The notes under the pieces were generated by a model. It saw only the letters and a list, made by a program, of their open reading frames with translations. It had not been told where the DNA came from and made no database searches. Positions 1-7,997 of a stretch of 36,344 bases of DNA are shown here, piece by piece. Made by a program: the position numbers and the translations under genes. Origin of the DNA: a virus. Its lineage: Duplodnaviria; Caudoviricetes. Within the stretch, counting starts at the first letter, position 1; every line of letters begins with the position of its first letter. The stretch lies in the IMG/VR virus record IMGVR_UViG_3300034148_000026, positions 1 through 36,344 of that record; one strand, 5' to 3'.

Positions 1-57
1 GTCTTGACGGAGGGGCCCCAAGGTCCTGACCCCCCCTTCCCCCTGCCCCGTCCGTCG
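1..57 (-). other. Probable cos/packaging-proximal region downstream of the HNH gene
   Basis: The minus strand after the HNH stop reads GGGGCAGGGGGAAGGGGGGGTCAGGACC. G-run tracts just downstream of the HNH gene are typical of the cos region of HK97-like phages. Positional inference only. Confidence 0.4.
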
Positions 58-384
58 TCACGTCGTCTTGACGTTCCAGTGGTGCAGCGGGTTCGTCGGC
101 AGGCCGTTCTCGTCCGCGCCGCCGATCAGCCGCCGGCCAAGGTCTTCGCGTGTCTTCTCGACGTGGCACGGCTTGCACAAGCCCTGTCGCTGGCTCGGGT
201 CAACGTCGAAGTCGTCACCGCCATTGGCCAGCGCGATCCGGTGATCCAGTTCTTCCCACAGCCGGACGCGCGGCGGGTCGAGCTTCAGGCAGCGCTCGCA
301 CAGTGGCTGGATGCGACGGTAATCCTCCCGGATGCGCGTCGTCTTCGACTCGCCGAGCCTATGTCTCGGCCGCCGCTGCTTCAC
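58..384 (-). CDS. Phage HNH endonuclease (HK97 gp74-like terminase accessory)
   Basis: PLCERC...ELDHRIALANGG...QGLCKPCHVEKT motifs and the C-terminal G.DENGLPTNPLHHWN tail typical of cos-phage HNH proteins. Confidence 0.9.
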   Translation of the reverse strand: MKQRRPRHRLGESKTTRIREDYRRIQPLCERCLKLDPPRVRLWEELDHRIALANGGDDFDVDPSQRQGLCKPCHVEKTREDLGRRLIGGADENGLPTNPLHHWNVKTT

Positions 385-1522
385 GCGCCGCCGCCTTGCG
401 CTCGTTCGCCCTGTCCGGCTCGAAGTGGAACGAGTACGTCTTCACGCCTTCGCGGTAGCCGGTGTTGCGCGCCATCGTGCCGGTGACCTCGGTCTTCACC
501 TTGCGCTGGATGTCCACCAACCGCCACTCGGGCTGTCGCGCCATGTGCAGGTAGATCGGCGTCGATGAGAACTTCGCCCACACGTCGTAACCGCGCGCCA
601 TCATGTCGAGCGACGTGAGGTTGATGACCTTGATACCCATTCCGAGCCCCGCATAGTCGGGATGGATCACCGTGCGGTTGCTGTGCATCTTCTCGCGCTC
701 GATGCTGCCGTTTCGCCACGGCACGTAATTCGCGAAACACTGGAAGCCGACTTGATCGGCGCCGTGGAACAACCCGTACAACTCGATGTGCCCGCCCGGC
801 AATCTGTCGCTCAGATAGTGATACTTGCTGAAATACTTCCACGTCCGCCGGTCATCGACGCGCCGGATGTCGAATTGAAGTTGCTCGGTGCGCTTGTAGT
901 CTCGCCAAAGCAACCTCCGGTCGATGAACTCCTGCTTATTGCAGTCGATCACCCAATCCGGATTGAGCCATTCGATCACGTCGTAATGGCATGAGCACAA
1001 CACCACGCGCTTGTTGAATTTTCGCGCGTGCTTCTGGATGCAGTGCGACATGACCTTGCCGATCGTGCGATCGACGACCGATGTCCACTCGTCGATGAGC
1101 GTGATCGGGTCATCGCTGCTCGATGCCATGCGCAACGCGCACTCGGCGCGCGCTCGCTGGCCGTTCGACAACGTGAACGCGGGACGGATCCAGCACACGA
1201 CCGCCGTGAGCCCGACGCCCGCCAGCATCGACGCGCATTCGTCGTAGCTGAACGCGGGCGGAAACTGCTCGATCACCGGCGTGGACAGGTCGAGCAGTTC
1301 GGTGAAGCAATCCTCGCCGTAGATGTGCTTGCACAGCGTCGTCTTTCCCGAACCCGACGCGCCGACTATCAATCCGACGTTGAACGGAGATTCGATATCC
1401 GCTTCGACCTCGAAATGATGCACCGCTTTTTTCTTCGCATCGATGTCGAGAGAATTCGCCGCCTTGGTGCAGCGAAACGATGTCGATACCGGAGATTCCA
1501 GCGTGAGTTCGAAGGTATTCAT
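359..1522 (-). CDS. ABC-type ATPase fused to a GNAT/Mom-like acyltransferase (387 aa)
   Basis: Walker A GASGSGKTT, ABC signature LSNGQ, Walker B LIDEW and H-loop SCH. The C-terminal part has KYHYL and RTVIHPDYAGLGMG (acyl-CoA-binding motif). ATG at 1522 overlaps the upstream stop (TGATG). No TM segments. Confidence 0.85.
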   Translation of the reverse strand: MNTFELTLESPVSTSFRCTKAANSLDIDAKKKAVHHFEVEADIESPFNVGLIVGASGSGKTTLCKHIYGEDCFTELLDLSTPVIEQFPPAFSYDECASMLAGVGLTAVVCWIRPAFTLSNGQRARAECALRMASSSDDPITLIDEWTSVVDRTIGKVMSHCIQKHARKFNKRVVLCSCHYDVIEWLNPDWVIDCNKQEFIDRRLLWRDYKRTEQLQFDIRRVDDRRTWKYFSKYHYLSDRLPGGHIELYGLFHGADQVGFQCFANYVPWRNGSIEREKMHSNRTVIHPDYAGLGMGIKVINLTSLDMMARGYDVWAKFSSTPIYLHMARQPEWRLVDIQRKVKTEVTGTMARNTGYREGVKTYSFHFEPDRANERKAAAREAAAAET

Positions 1523-2169
1523 CACGACATGATTTTCACTGCCCAACCGCGCGCCTGCAATTCCGTGAACGCGGCTTGCAAATCCGATTCGCTTTGAAAC
1601 TCGATCAGCAGCGTATTGCGCTCGATGTCGTTGATCGGATGCGACGGCGGCTCGACCCAACCGCCGGAAAGCACCGTGAGCGTGTTGTCGGGAAACCCGA
1701 GCAGGCCGACATCGAACTCGGCCGCAAGCAGCGCTTTGACTTCCTCGGACAGCATCGCGTCGTCCCATCCCGCGTTGAGCGCAAGCTGGTTGTCCACGAC
1801 CGCATACGCGCGCCGCTTTTCCTCCGACCACCCTTCGCACCACAACGTCGGCACGCAGCCGAACGGAATCTCCGCGCCGTTCGGGAACGCGATCGTGATG
1901 CCGAATTCCTCGTACAGCTGCTTCGCCGCAGTGATGCGGCCGTGGCCAGCGACGATGCCGTCCGCGTCCTCGAGCGCCGGATTCGTCCAGCCGAACTCGA
2001 TGAGCGACGCCTTGATCTGCTGCAACTGCGCTGCGCTGTGCGTGCGCGTGTTGCGCGGGTTCAGCCGAAGCGATTCGATCGGCTTGCACACGATCTGCGG
2101 TGGCGTCGCGCTCACCACCGCATCGACGACCACGACGGCCGATGGCGGTTCGTCCAAGACCGCCGACAT
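1522..2169 (-). CDS. ParB/Srx N-terminal domain protein (215 aa)
   Basis: NPRNTRTHS..Q...IKASLIEFGWTNP...IVAGHGRITAA...RRAYAVVDNQLALNAGWD, the phage ParB-like family usually linked to DNA modification genes. ATG at 2169 overlaps the rusA stop. Confidence 0.9.
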   Translation of the reverse strand: MSAVLDEPPSAVVVVDAVVSATPPQIVCKPIESLRLNPRNTRTHSAAQLQQIKASLIEFGWTNPALEDADGIVAGHGRITAAKQLYEEFGITIAFPNGAEIPFGCVPTLWCEGWSEEKRRAYAVVDNQLALNAGWDDAMLSEEVKALLAAEFDVGLLGFPDNTLTVLSGGWVEPPSHPINDIERNTLLIEFQSESDLQAAFTELQARGWAVKIMS

Positions 2170-2606
2170 CAGAAAACCTCCTCGGCTTCGACATCGAGCG
2201 CGGCTTGCTGCATCGCCATCGTTTCGACTTCGATCTCTGCACGCGGGTTGCGCGCATCGATCGCGTGGTACACGTGCCGCTCGCGCACCTGCCGATCGTT
2301 GCGATACACGCCTGCCTGCACGAGAACGCGCTCGTCGCCGACGCGCTTGAACTGGTCCTGCATCGCGTCGAGCACGACGCTCTCGTCCATGTCCGGTCGC
2401 TCCGACGCGTAGAACAACCGCAACGTGACGCGCACCGGGCCTTCGAATCGCAACCGCGCACGCACCGGGATTTGTCGCGTCGCGTCCGCGTGGTACTGCC
2501 GCGCTTCCTTCGACTTCACCAGCGACGCGTGCCCGTTGACGACGATGATCTGCGACCGGTTCGACTTCGATACCGGCTGGCCGAGGATGACGAGCGCGAC
2601 CTTCAC
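2169..2606 (-). CDS. rusA: RusA-family Holliday junction resolvase
   Basis: GQPVSKSN...GPVRVTLRLFY...RPDMDE...LDAMQ...GVYRNDRQV...NPRAEIEV. The GTG start is uncertain (2606 or 2627). Confidence 0.85.
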   Translation of the reverse strand: MKVALVILGQPVSKSNRSQIIVVNGHASLVKSKEARQYHADATRQIPVRARLRFEGPVRVTLRLFYASERPDMDESVVLDAMQDQFKRVGDERVLVQAGVYRNDRQVRERHVYHAIDARNPRAEIEVETMAMQQAALDVEAEEVF

Positions 2607-2617
2607 GGGCCGAAATG

Positions 2618-3037
2618 CTACTCCCACCCGGATTCGATGTCCGGTGGCGTTGGTCGCGACGGAAGCGCAGCGCGTGCCATGCGCAGCGTCGATGGTGCGA
2701 CATGCGCGCCCGCTTCTGCGTTGTCGATGATGCGTCGTGCCCATGCGCGCGGGTCGTCGCCGTTGCCCGCTTTGGTTGCGCGCGTCAACCGCTGCAACTT
2801 GCCAAGCAGCGCGAGCTTGTCTGCGTGCGTCAACGCGCGCATCGACTCGCCGCTGCCGCACGGTCCGCTGCGGCAGTACGAGTCGTAGCACGGCGTGCAT
2901 CGACCGCCGTGCTGCGCGAGGATCGCGCGCAACGTCGGATGCCGACATTCGAGGCACGGCATGTAGGGCTCGACGCGATCGCTGTCGCTCTCGTTCGTCT
3001 GCGTCGTCACTGCGTTGCTGTATCGCTTGCTGGTCAT
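2618..3037 (-). CDS. Hypothetical protein following the replication initiator (CxxC...CxxC, DPRAWARRI motif)
   Basis: ATG at 3037 overlaps the initiator stop (ATGA). Contains CLEC and CTPC pairs. Confidence 0.7.
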   Translation of the reverse strand: MTSKRYSNAVTTQTNESDSDRVEPYMPCLECRHPTLRAILAQHGGRCTPCYDSYCRSGPCGSGESMRALTHADKLALLGKLQRLTRATKAGNGDDPRAWARRIIDNAEAGAHVAPSTLRMARAALPSRPTPPDIESGWE

Positions 3038-4029
3038 GGTCCGTTCCTGTAGTTGCCCTCGACCACCTTGGCGAAGTTCGTCGGCTTCATGAGCCAGTCG
3101 AACGACGCCTTCCACTTCTTCGATCGTCCGGTGAGGAAAGACGATCGAGACACGATCTCGAAAAATTGCTTGAACCACGCGAGCCCAGCCGCGCGATCGA
3201 AATGTTCCGCTGCGCAGACTTCCGTCCACCGCGCACGCAACGGCCCTTTGCGGCTCTGTTCGAAGACGACGATGGACGGCAGCACCGGCAACGTCTCGTG
3301 AAACGCGGCGAGGATTTGCTCGTACGGGCACGACGGCACGCGATACACGTCCGCGCCGTTCGCTGCCGCGACGCCTTCGAGTTGTCGTTGGGGGTCATCG
3401 CCGGGTTCGCCTGACGCGTGATCTGCCTCGGGCAGATGACGAGCATCCGCAGGATGCTGTCTCTTAGGTCTTTTACTTTCTGGTCTGGTCTGGTCTGGTC
3501 TGGTCTGGTCTAGAGCGTTACCAACGTGTTGGTAACGCGTTACAGGGGCGTTACCGTCGCCCTCCGCCCCTGACCTTTCTGACCCGTCAGACGTCCCGTC
3601 GGGCTCGCCGCTTCTAGCGTCTGCGGCGGCCTTTTCTGCCGCCTTGCGCTCTCGGTACGCGTTGACGCGGTCCGTCACGCTCTGTCGCCCAGCGAGCATG
3701 TACAGCACGTGCTCGGTAAGCACCGGGTGGTAGAGGCGACCGTCCGACGCGAGCCACCAACGACGCAGCAACACGTCACGCGACGCCGCAAATTGTTTGC
3801 ACGGCATGCCGATGTGCGCGGCGATCAGCGCATCATCGTTAGGCAACGTGCCGCACGGCGATTGCTGCCACGCGGTCATCCACACCATCAGCAGCCACGG
3901 CCGCAATTCTGGCGGCGCGAGCATCCACGTATCGGACGCGCGTATGCGTGCGCAATCGAGTTCGAAACGCCAACCCTTTGCCCGCGTCGTCGGCGGGTAC
4001 GGCGGCTCGCGAGCCGCGTCGGCTTTCAC
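3034..4029 (-). CDS. Replication initiator, DUF1376/YdaU-like N-terminus
   Basis: PPYP...KGWRFELD..RI..SDTW...WLLMVW..AWQQSPCGTLPNDD N-terminus, a low-complexity linker with repeats, and a C-terminal WKASFDWLMKPTNFAKVVEGNY domain typical of phage replisome organisers. Lies downstream of the cro-like gene. Confidence 0.8.
   Translation of the reverse strand: MKADAAREPPYPPTTRAKGWRFELDCARIRASDTWMLAPPELRPWLLMVWMTAWQQSPCGTLPNDDALIAAHIGMPCKQFAASRDVLLRRWWLASDGRLYHPVLTEHVLYMLAGRQSVTDRVNAYRERKAAEKAAADARSGEPDGTSDGSERSGAEGDGNAPVTRYQHVGNALDQTRPDQTRPESKRPKRQHPADARHLPEADHASGEPGDDPQRQLEGVAAANGADVYRVPSCPYEQILAAFHETLPVLPSIVVFEQSRKGPLRARWTEVCAAEHFDRAAGLAWFKQFFEIVSRSSFLTGRSKKWKASFDWLMKPTNFAKVVEGNYRNGP
3479..3555. 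repeat. Putative replication origin inside the initiator gene: (TCTGG)x6 plus GCGTTAC iteron-like repeats
   Basis: Six tandem TCTGG at 3479-3508. Perfect 11-bp inverted repeat GCGTTACCAAC-GT-GTTGGTAACGC at 3515-3538. Further GCGTTAC at 3537 and 3548, with a T-rich patch at about 3461-3480. Confidence 0.65.
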
Positions 4030-4034
4030 GGCGC

Positions 4035-4256
4035 TCAGGCTGCTTTGATCGTCTGCAACTGCTTGCGCCGCGCGGTGCTCGCCGCCACGGCGTCGTCGAT
4101 CACGACGCGCATGATCTTGTCGTGCATTTCGAAAGTCGGCGACGACTCGCCGTCGCGTATGCGCATGAGCGTCATTCGAGCAATGCCGGTCTTCTCGCAA
4201 ATGCGGCTCAAGTTGTAGCGCGAGAGCACGTCTCGAACGCGTTGCAGTTCGTTCAT
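4035..4256 (-). CDS. Cro-like XRE helix-turn-helix regulator (73 aa)
   Basis: NLSRICEKTGIARMTLMRIRDGESSPTFE HTH; first gene of the leftward replication operon. Confidence 0.85.
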   Translation of the reverse strand: MNELQRVRDVLSRYNLSRICEKTGIARMTLMRIRDGESSPTFEMHDKIMRVVIDDAVAASTARRKQLQTIKAA

Positions 4257-4363
4257 AGGGGGTCGCCTAGGGGTTGGGCCTAGGGGTCAAAAAAAAGGGG
4301 TGGGGGGAGGGGTTGGATCGTATACATTTTTCATCCGACCCGAAGACCCTACCGACCAAAAAA
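4254..4363. promoter_or_regulatory. Divergent control region with CCTAGG repeats (cluster 1)
   Basis: Lies between divergent operons. CATAGG at 4254, CCTAGG at 4266 and 4279. Minus-strand TTGACC at 4290-4285 preceded by a T-tract; several G-tracts. Confidence 0.6.
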
Positions 4364-5239
4364 GTGACGAGAACCCGGACCAAGGCCCAGCCATTGGGCA
4401 TCGTGCGATCGCTGCCGATCGACGTTTACCATGCCGACCGTAGTGCCATTTCCAACAGCGGTCTGAACGACATCGCCCGATCGCCCGAGCACTTCCACGC
4501 GCTGCATCTGGATCCGAATCGACCGCCGCCCGAAGACAAGCGCTCGCACGTCGATGGAAATTTGATGCACTGCGCGGCGTTGGAGCCGGCGGAATTCGAC
4601 AAGCGCTACAAGGTCGGCCCGATCAACGACAAGCGCCTTGTCGAGTGGAAAGAGTTCGCGCGATCGATGGCGAAGCATGTCGGCGAGGGGGTGACGCTCA
4701 TCACGCCGGACCAGCGCGACGTTGCATTCGCGCAGGCGGCTTCGATCCGATCGCTGCCCGATGTCGCCGCGCTGATGGGCGATGGCCAAGCGGAGGTCAG
4801 CGCGTATTGGATCGATGCAACCACCGGCGTGCGCTGCCGCTGCCGCCCCGACTGGCGATCGCCGACAGGCAAGCGCGGCAAGCAATCGATCCTGCTCGAC
4901 ATGAAGGGATACGGCGACGTCAGCGCGCGCGAATTCGCGCTGCAAGTCGCGCGCATGAGCTACGCGCGGCAAGCGGCGATGTATTCGATCGGCTATGAGA
5001 TCGCGAGCGGTCACCCGGTCGTCGGCTTCGTCTTCGTCGCGGTCGAAGATCGATTTCCGTTCGCCGCCGCCGCCTACATGCTGCCCGAGGAATGGCTTGA
5101 GATCGGCCGACGCGAGTACCGCGAACTGCTCGACCTCTATGCGAAGTGCCTCGCAACGAACACGTGGCCGCGCTTGCAAGACGGCATCCAGCTATTGCAG
5201 ATGCCCGCATGGGTGGCACGAGAGGCGGAAAAAGTTTGA
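4364..5239 (+). CDS. Exonuclease VIII / RecE-like PD-(D/E)xK nuclease (DUF3799-like)
   Basis: YHADRSAISNSGL...SPEHF...GNLMHCAALEP..F...EVSAYWID..TGVRCRCRPDW...LLDMK...Y.RQAAMY..G...FVFVAVE. The start is uncertain (GTG 4364 or TTG 4394). Confidence 0.9.
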   Translation: MTRTRTKAQPLGIVRSLPIDVYHADRSAISNSGLNDIARSPEHFHALHLDPNRPPPEDKRSHVDGNLMHCAALEPAEFDKRYKVGPINDKRLVEWKEFARSMAKHVGEGVTLITPDQRDVAFAQAASIRSLPDVAALMGDGQAEVSAYWIDATTGVRCRCRPDWRSPTGKRGKQSILLDMKGYGDVSAREFALQVARMSYARQAAMYSIGYEIASGHPVVGFVFVAVEDRFPFAAAAYMLPEEWLEIGRREYRELLDLYAKCLATNTWPRLQDGIQLLQMPAWVAREAEKV

Positions 5240-5272
5240 CCGGCAATTCATCACCACGAAAGGAAATCGAGC

Positions 5273-6211
5273 ATGACGAAGAAGGCATCAGCAGAGCAAT
5301 TCATCGCAACGCCGGGCTGGCGTCCGAGCGCAGTGCATCCCGAGGCGGAGAAGTTTCCGATCATGCCGGGCGATGTCGAATCGCTCGCGGAGGACATGAA
5401 GACGATCGGGCTCGTCGACGACATCATGATCGATGCAGCGGGCGTGCTGATCGACGGCCGCACGCGACTCGCTGCATGCGAACTCGCAGGCATCGAGCCG
5501 CGGTTCGCCGTGATGAACGGCGAGGACGTCGTGCAGTTCATCTGGTCGCGCAACCGCAAGCGCAGGCAGATGACGCAGGGGCAGTTCGCGATGGTCGGGG
5601 CGCTGAGTTCGGCTACTAATACCCTAACTGGCCCCGGTCCAAAGGGAGGGCGCTCCGCGACGACAGGCGTAGTCGAAGCAGCGCGCAAAGCCTCGGTCAA
5701 CAAGCAGACGATGGCGAAGGCATTCCTCGTGCGCGACTTCTGCCAAGACCTCGTCGAAGACGTTCGCTTCGGACGCATCACGCTCGACAAGGCATTCCAG
5801 ACGGCAGAGGTCCGAAAGCGCGAGCAGGAGTGGCGCGAGAACGGCATCGCGCAACTGCGCAAGATCGCGCCCGAGCTTGCCGTGCGCGTAAGCGACGGCG
5901 AGATCACCGTCGATGAAGGCCGCAAGCTGTTCGATGAGCAAGTGGCACGCGAGAAGGACCAACGCGAGTCGGTGTTCCTCACGTTCGCGAACGTCGCGCA
6001 TCATGGCGCGAACTTCGCGCACGGTTCAATCCTTGAAGCCCTCCCCGGGTGGCTCAAGGACGAAGCGAGCGCGCAGGACTTGCTGCGGTACTTCCCCGGC
6101 GGCGTGGAAGAACTGCGCGAGAAGATGCGAGCAGTGAAGTCGAATGTCGAATCGATCGAGGCCCTGCTCGCCGACATCCCTGTCCCACGCAAGAAAGGAA
6201 CTCCGAAATGA
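5273..6211 (+). CDS. ParB N-terminal domain protein with a C-terminal helical region (312 aa)
   Basis: HPEAEKFPIM...LAEDMKTIGLVDDI...LIDGRTRLAACELAG...SRNRKRRQMT.GQ; RBS AAGGA upstream. Confidence 0.8.
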   Translation: MTKKASAEQFIATPGWRPSAVHPEAEKFPIMPGDVESLAEDMKTIGLVDDIMIDAAGVLIDGRTRLAACELAGIEPRFAVMNGEDVVQFIWSRNRKRRQMTQGQFAMVGALSSATNTLTGPGPKGGRSATTGVVEAARKASVNKQTMAKAFLVRDFCQDLVEDVRFGRITLDKAFQTAEVRKREQEWRENGIAQLRKIAPELAVRVSDGEITVDEGRKLFDEQVAREKDQRESVFLTFANVAHHGANFAHGSILEALPGWLKDEASAQDLLRYFPGGVEELREKMRAVKSNVESIEALLADIPVPRKKGTPK

Positions 6212-6810
6212 GCAAACGCATTCCAGCGGCGATGCGCCGCAACCTTGCCAAGATTTATAACGACTACCTGATCGGCAAAGGAGAGGACGGCGGCAACTGC
6301 GCCGACTGGATCGAACATATGCGGCGCCTCGTCGCTGACGACCCGGCGTTGCTCGGGCTCGTGATCGAGCAAGCGCTGCCGACGTTCGCGCGCAAGGTGT
6401 GGCACGACGATCCGAAGCCGCTTGAACTCGAAGCAGAGGACGGCAAGCAGAAGCGCAAGCCGGAACAGGGACTGCTCGCGTTCTGGCCCGAATCGATCCA
6501 CGGCATCAAGCTCGATCACACGTACACCGTGCCGGCGCCTCCCGCTATCGAAGAAGGCAGCAGCAACGTTATTGGCCTCGACGAAGCGCGCGCTGACGAC
6601 AGCGACTGCCAACGCATCAGCGTATGGCATGCGACCGTGCAGACGAATCGCGATGCAGCGTGGTTCAAGATGACAAAGGCGGAACAGTCGATGGCGAAAG
6701 CGCGTCGCGATGTCGATGAAGCGGAACAGATCGCCGCCATCGCGAACAACGACCCGAGCACATTGCTGCGCGACATCTGCGACCAGAAGCAGAGGCCGAA
6801 CGCTGCATGA
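6208..6810 (+). CDS. Hypothetical protein (200 aa)
   Basis: ATGA overlap with the ParB-domain gene, AAAGGA RBS and phage-like codon usage. Confidence 0.7.
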   Translation: MSKRIPAAMRRNLAKIYNDYLIGKGEDGGNCADWIEHMRRLVADDPALLGLVIEQALPTFARKVWHDDPKPLELEAEDGKQKRKPEQGLLAFWPESIHGIKLDHTYTVPAPPAIEEGSSNVIGLDEARADDSDCQRISVWHATVQTNRDAAWFKMTKAEQSMAKARRDVDEAEQIAAIANNDPSTLLRDICDQKQRPNAA

Positions 6811-6822
6811 GAGAACCCCGTC

Positions 6823-6841
6823 GCCGCTGCGGATCAGCGGC
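6823..6841 (+). repeat. Repeated intergenic hairpin, copy 1 (GCCGCTG-CGGAT-CAGCGGC)
   Basis: 7-bp stem related to the copies at 19239 and 19859. Confidence 0.6.
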
Positions 6842-6866
6842 ACCACAACGAAGGACCACCCCGACC

Positions 6867-7997
6867 ATGAGCAACGAACAGATCGACGCCGACAGCGGCG
6901 AAGTCATCACGCGCACGCGCGACGAGCCGCAGACGTTTAACCCGTTCGGCAAAGAGACAGCCGAGCGCAACGTCGGCGGCGCGATGCAGAGCGCGCGCGC
7001 GAACACCGAAGTGCTCGCGATGGTGATGAGCGCGAAGCAGTTCCCCCGCAATCAGATCGCTGCGAGCGATCGCATCTTGAACGCGTTCACGCGCCCGACG
7101 CTGGCCGAACAAGCGCAGTATCAATTCGCGCGCGGCGGCAGCGACATCACGGGGCCTTCGATCCGTGCGGCGGAAGCGATCTCGCAGCAATGGGGGAACA
7201 TGAGCAACGGGTGGCGCGAACTGAGTCGCACGAAAGGCGCAGATGGCGTTGGCATCTCCGAGTGCGAGGCGTTCTCCATCGACTACGAGAACAACAGCCG
7301 CGAGTCGATCCAGTTCCACGTGCGGCACTGGCGCGACACCAAGAACGGCGGCTATGCGCTGCGGGACGAACGCGACATCTATGAGCTTTGCGCGAACCAG
7401 TCGCAGCGACGCAAGCGGGCGTGCATCCTCGCGCAGATACCCGGCGACGTTACCGAAATGGCGATGCAGCAGGCGTCCGTCACGCTGACGTCGAAGGCGA
7501 ACACGACGCCGGAAGGCATCGCCGCGCTCGAAGCGACGTTCGCAGAGTTCGGCGTGACGCGCGAGCACATAGAGAAGCGAATCCAGAAGCGCATCGAAGC
7601 GATCAGCGCAGCGCAAGTCGTTTCGTTGAAGCGCATCTATCAATCGCTGCGCGACGGCATGTCCGAGCCGCACGCGTGGTTCGAGATCAAGGCGGACGAA
7701 GTCAAGAGCGACGGTCTGGAGAAAGTGCGTGCCGCGGCGAAGTCGAAGAAGGAGAAGAAGGCGGGGAAGCCGGCGGCCACGACGGCTGACCCGGCGGCTG
7801 CTCCGGTCGTCGAACAGGCCGGCGCCGAAGGCGGTGGGCTGTTCGACGATACGCAGTACGCGAAGTTCGCGGAGCAGATCAAGAAGGCAACAGACGGCGA
7901 GACTGCTGCGCTCGTGCTCGACGAGGCGCGCGGCGTGCTGTCGGCCGAGGTACACGAGCAGCTTTCGGTGTTCTGGAAACAGGCGTGGCAGCGATGA
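6867..7997 (+). CDS. Conserved phage protein, candidate single-strand annealing/recombination partner (376 aa)
   Basis: AKQFPRN...QYQFARGG..ITGPSIRAAEAI...WGN...RDIYE..AN...RR.RACIL..IPGDV pattern, a flexible linker and a small C-terminal domain. Same operon as the ExoVIII-like gene. Function is inferred. Confidence 0.7.
   Translation: MSNEQIDADSGEVITRTRDEPQTFNPFGKETAERNVGGAMQSARANTEVLAMVMSAKQFPRNQIAASDRILNAFTRPTLAEQAQYQFARGGSDITGPSIRAAEAISQQWGNMSNGWRELSRTKGADGVGISECEAFSIDYENNSRESIQFHVRHWRDTKNGGYALRDERDIYELCANQSQRRKRACILAQIPGDVTEMAMQQASVTLTSKANTTPEGIAALEATFAEFGVTREHIEKRIQKRIEAISAAQVVSLKRIYQSLRDGMSEPHAWFEIKADEVKSDGLEKVRAAAKSKKEKKAGKPAATTADPAAAPVVEQAGAEGGGLFDDTQYAKFAEQIKKATDGETAALVLDEARGVLSAEVHEQLSVFWKQAWQR

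Noticed and set aside
359-1522. ABC transporter annotation
   Set aside because: No permease or TM domains nearby; the ATPase is fused to a GNAT domain in a DNA-metabolism context.
359-2461. 700-aa ORF as a single protein
   Set aside because: The first ~313 codons are an Arg-rich shadow frame over the ParB-like and rusA genes; the real start is the coupled ATG at 1522.
3479-3511. TCTGG repeats as a CRISPR array
   Set aside because: Spacerless pentamer tandem inside a CDS, with no cas genes.
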